DNA of 56,486 nt from Candidatus Curtissbacteria bacterium RIFCSPLOWO2_02_41_11 (lineage in GTDB: Bacteria > Patescibacteriota > Microgenomatia > Curtissbacterales > GWA2-41-24), in contig MFBU01000002.1 in assembly GCA_001775055.1 (NCBI GenBank), positions 1 to 56,486 on the forward strand, in the 5' to 3' direction. How positions within the stretch are numbered: the first letter of the stretch is position 1; each line of letters starts with the position of its first letter. The position numbers and the translations under genes were made by a program. The notes below the pieces were generated by a model. That model did not search any database. It saw nothing but the letters and a program-made list of their open reading frames with translations, and had not been told where the DNA came from. Positions 56,381 through 56,486 of the stretch are shown here, in pieces.

Positions 56381-56486
56381 ATGAACATTGTCATCTCCGG
56401 CCCTCATCCTAAAAAAGAACCGCAATTGGAAGAGTACGCCCGCAAAAAGGTCCAAAAGCTTGCCAAGTATCATCCAAAAATTCTTC
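56381..56486 (+). CDS. hpf: ribosome hibernation factor HPF/RaiA (5' part, runs off the window)
   Basis: MNIVISG......LEEYARKKVQKLAKY. Confidence 0.75.
   Translation, partial: MNIVISGPHPKKEPQLEEYARKKVQKLAKYHPKIL

Overview
Housekeeping-rich chromosomal segment of a small-genome bacterium, most likely Patescibacteria/CPR (Microgenomates-like). This assignment is inferred from the shortened HisRS, RF1 and YchF, the near-leaderless genes and the many ORFans. Core genes: yebC, lgt-dksA-lspA-rluA-CPA2, efp, NIF3, tRNA-Leu(CAA), dnaB, hisS, rpmE-prfA, ctpA-htrA, rpsF-ssb-rpsR, ychF, pyrD, pit, zwf/gnd/pgl, cysS, recR-ybaB and a partial hpf. No CRISPR array, rRNA, intact transposase or prophage was seen. 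Five things stand out. (1) A coupled three-gene operon (18277-24084): two large receiver-less proteins carrying about five OmpR/PhoB-type winged helices, plus a MORC-like GHKL ATPase. (2) A yebC leader that repeats the first 10 YebC residues using different synonymous codons, with alternative hairpins around the yebC SD/AUG. (3) An AT-rich accessory block (35.5-39.8 kb) divided by four degenerate direct repeats of coding origin, resembling a cassette array. (4) Many short palindromes read in frame inside conserved proteins. (5) A Fic toxin-antitoxin-like pair coupled to cysS, and a G9-frameshifted membrane gene coupled to gnd. All calls come from reading motifs by eye; no database search or folding computation was run.
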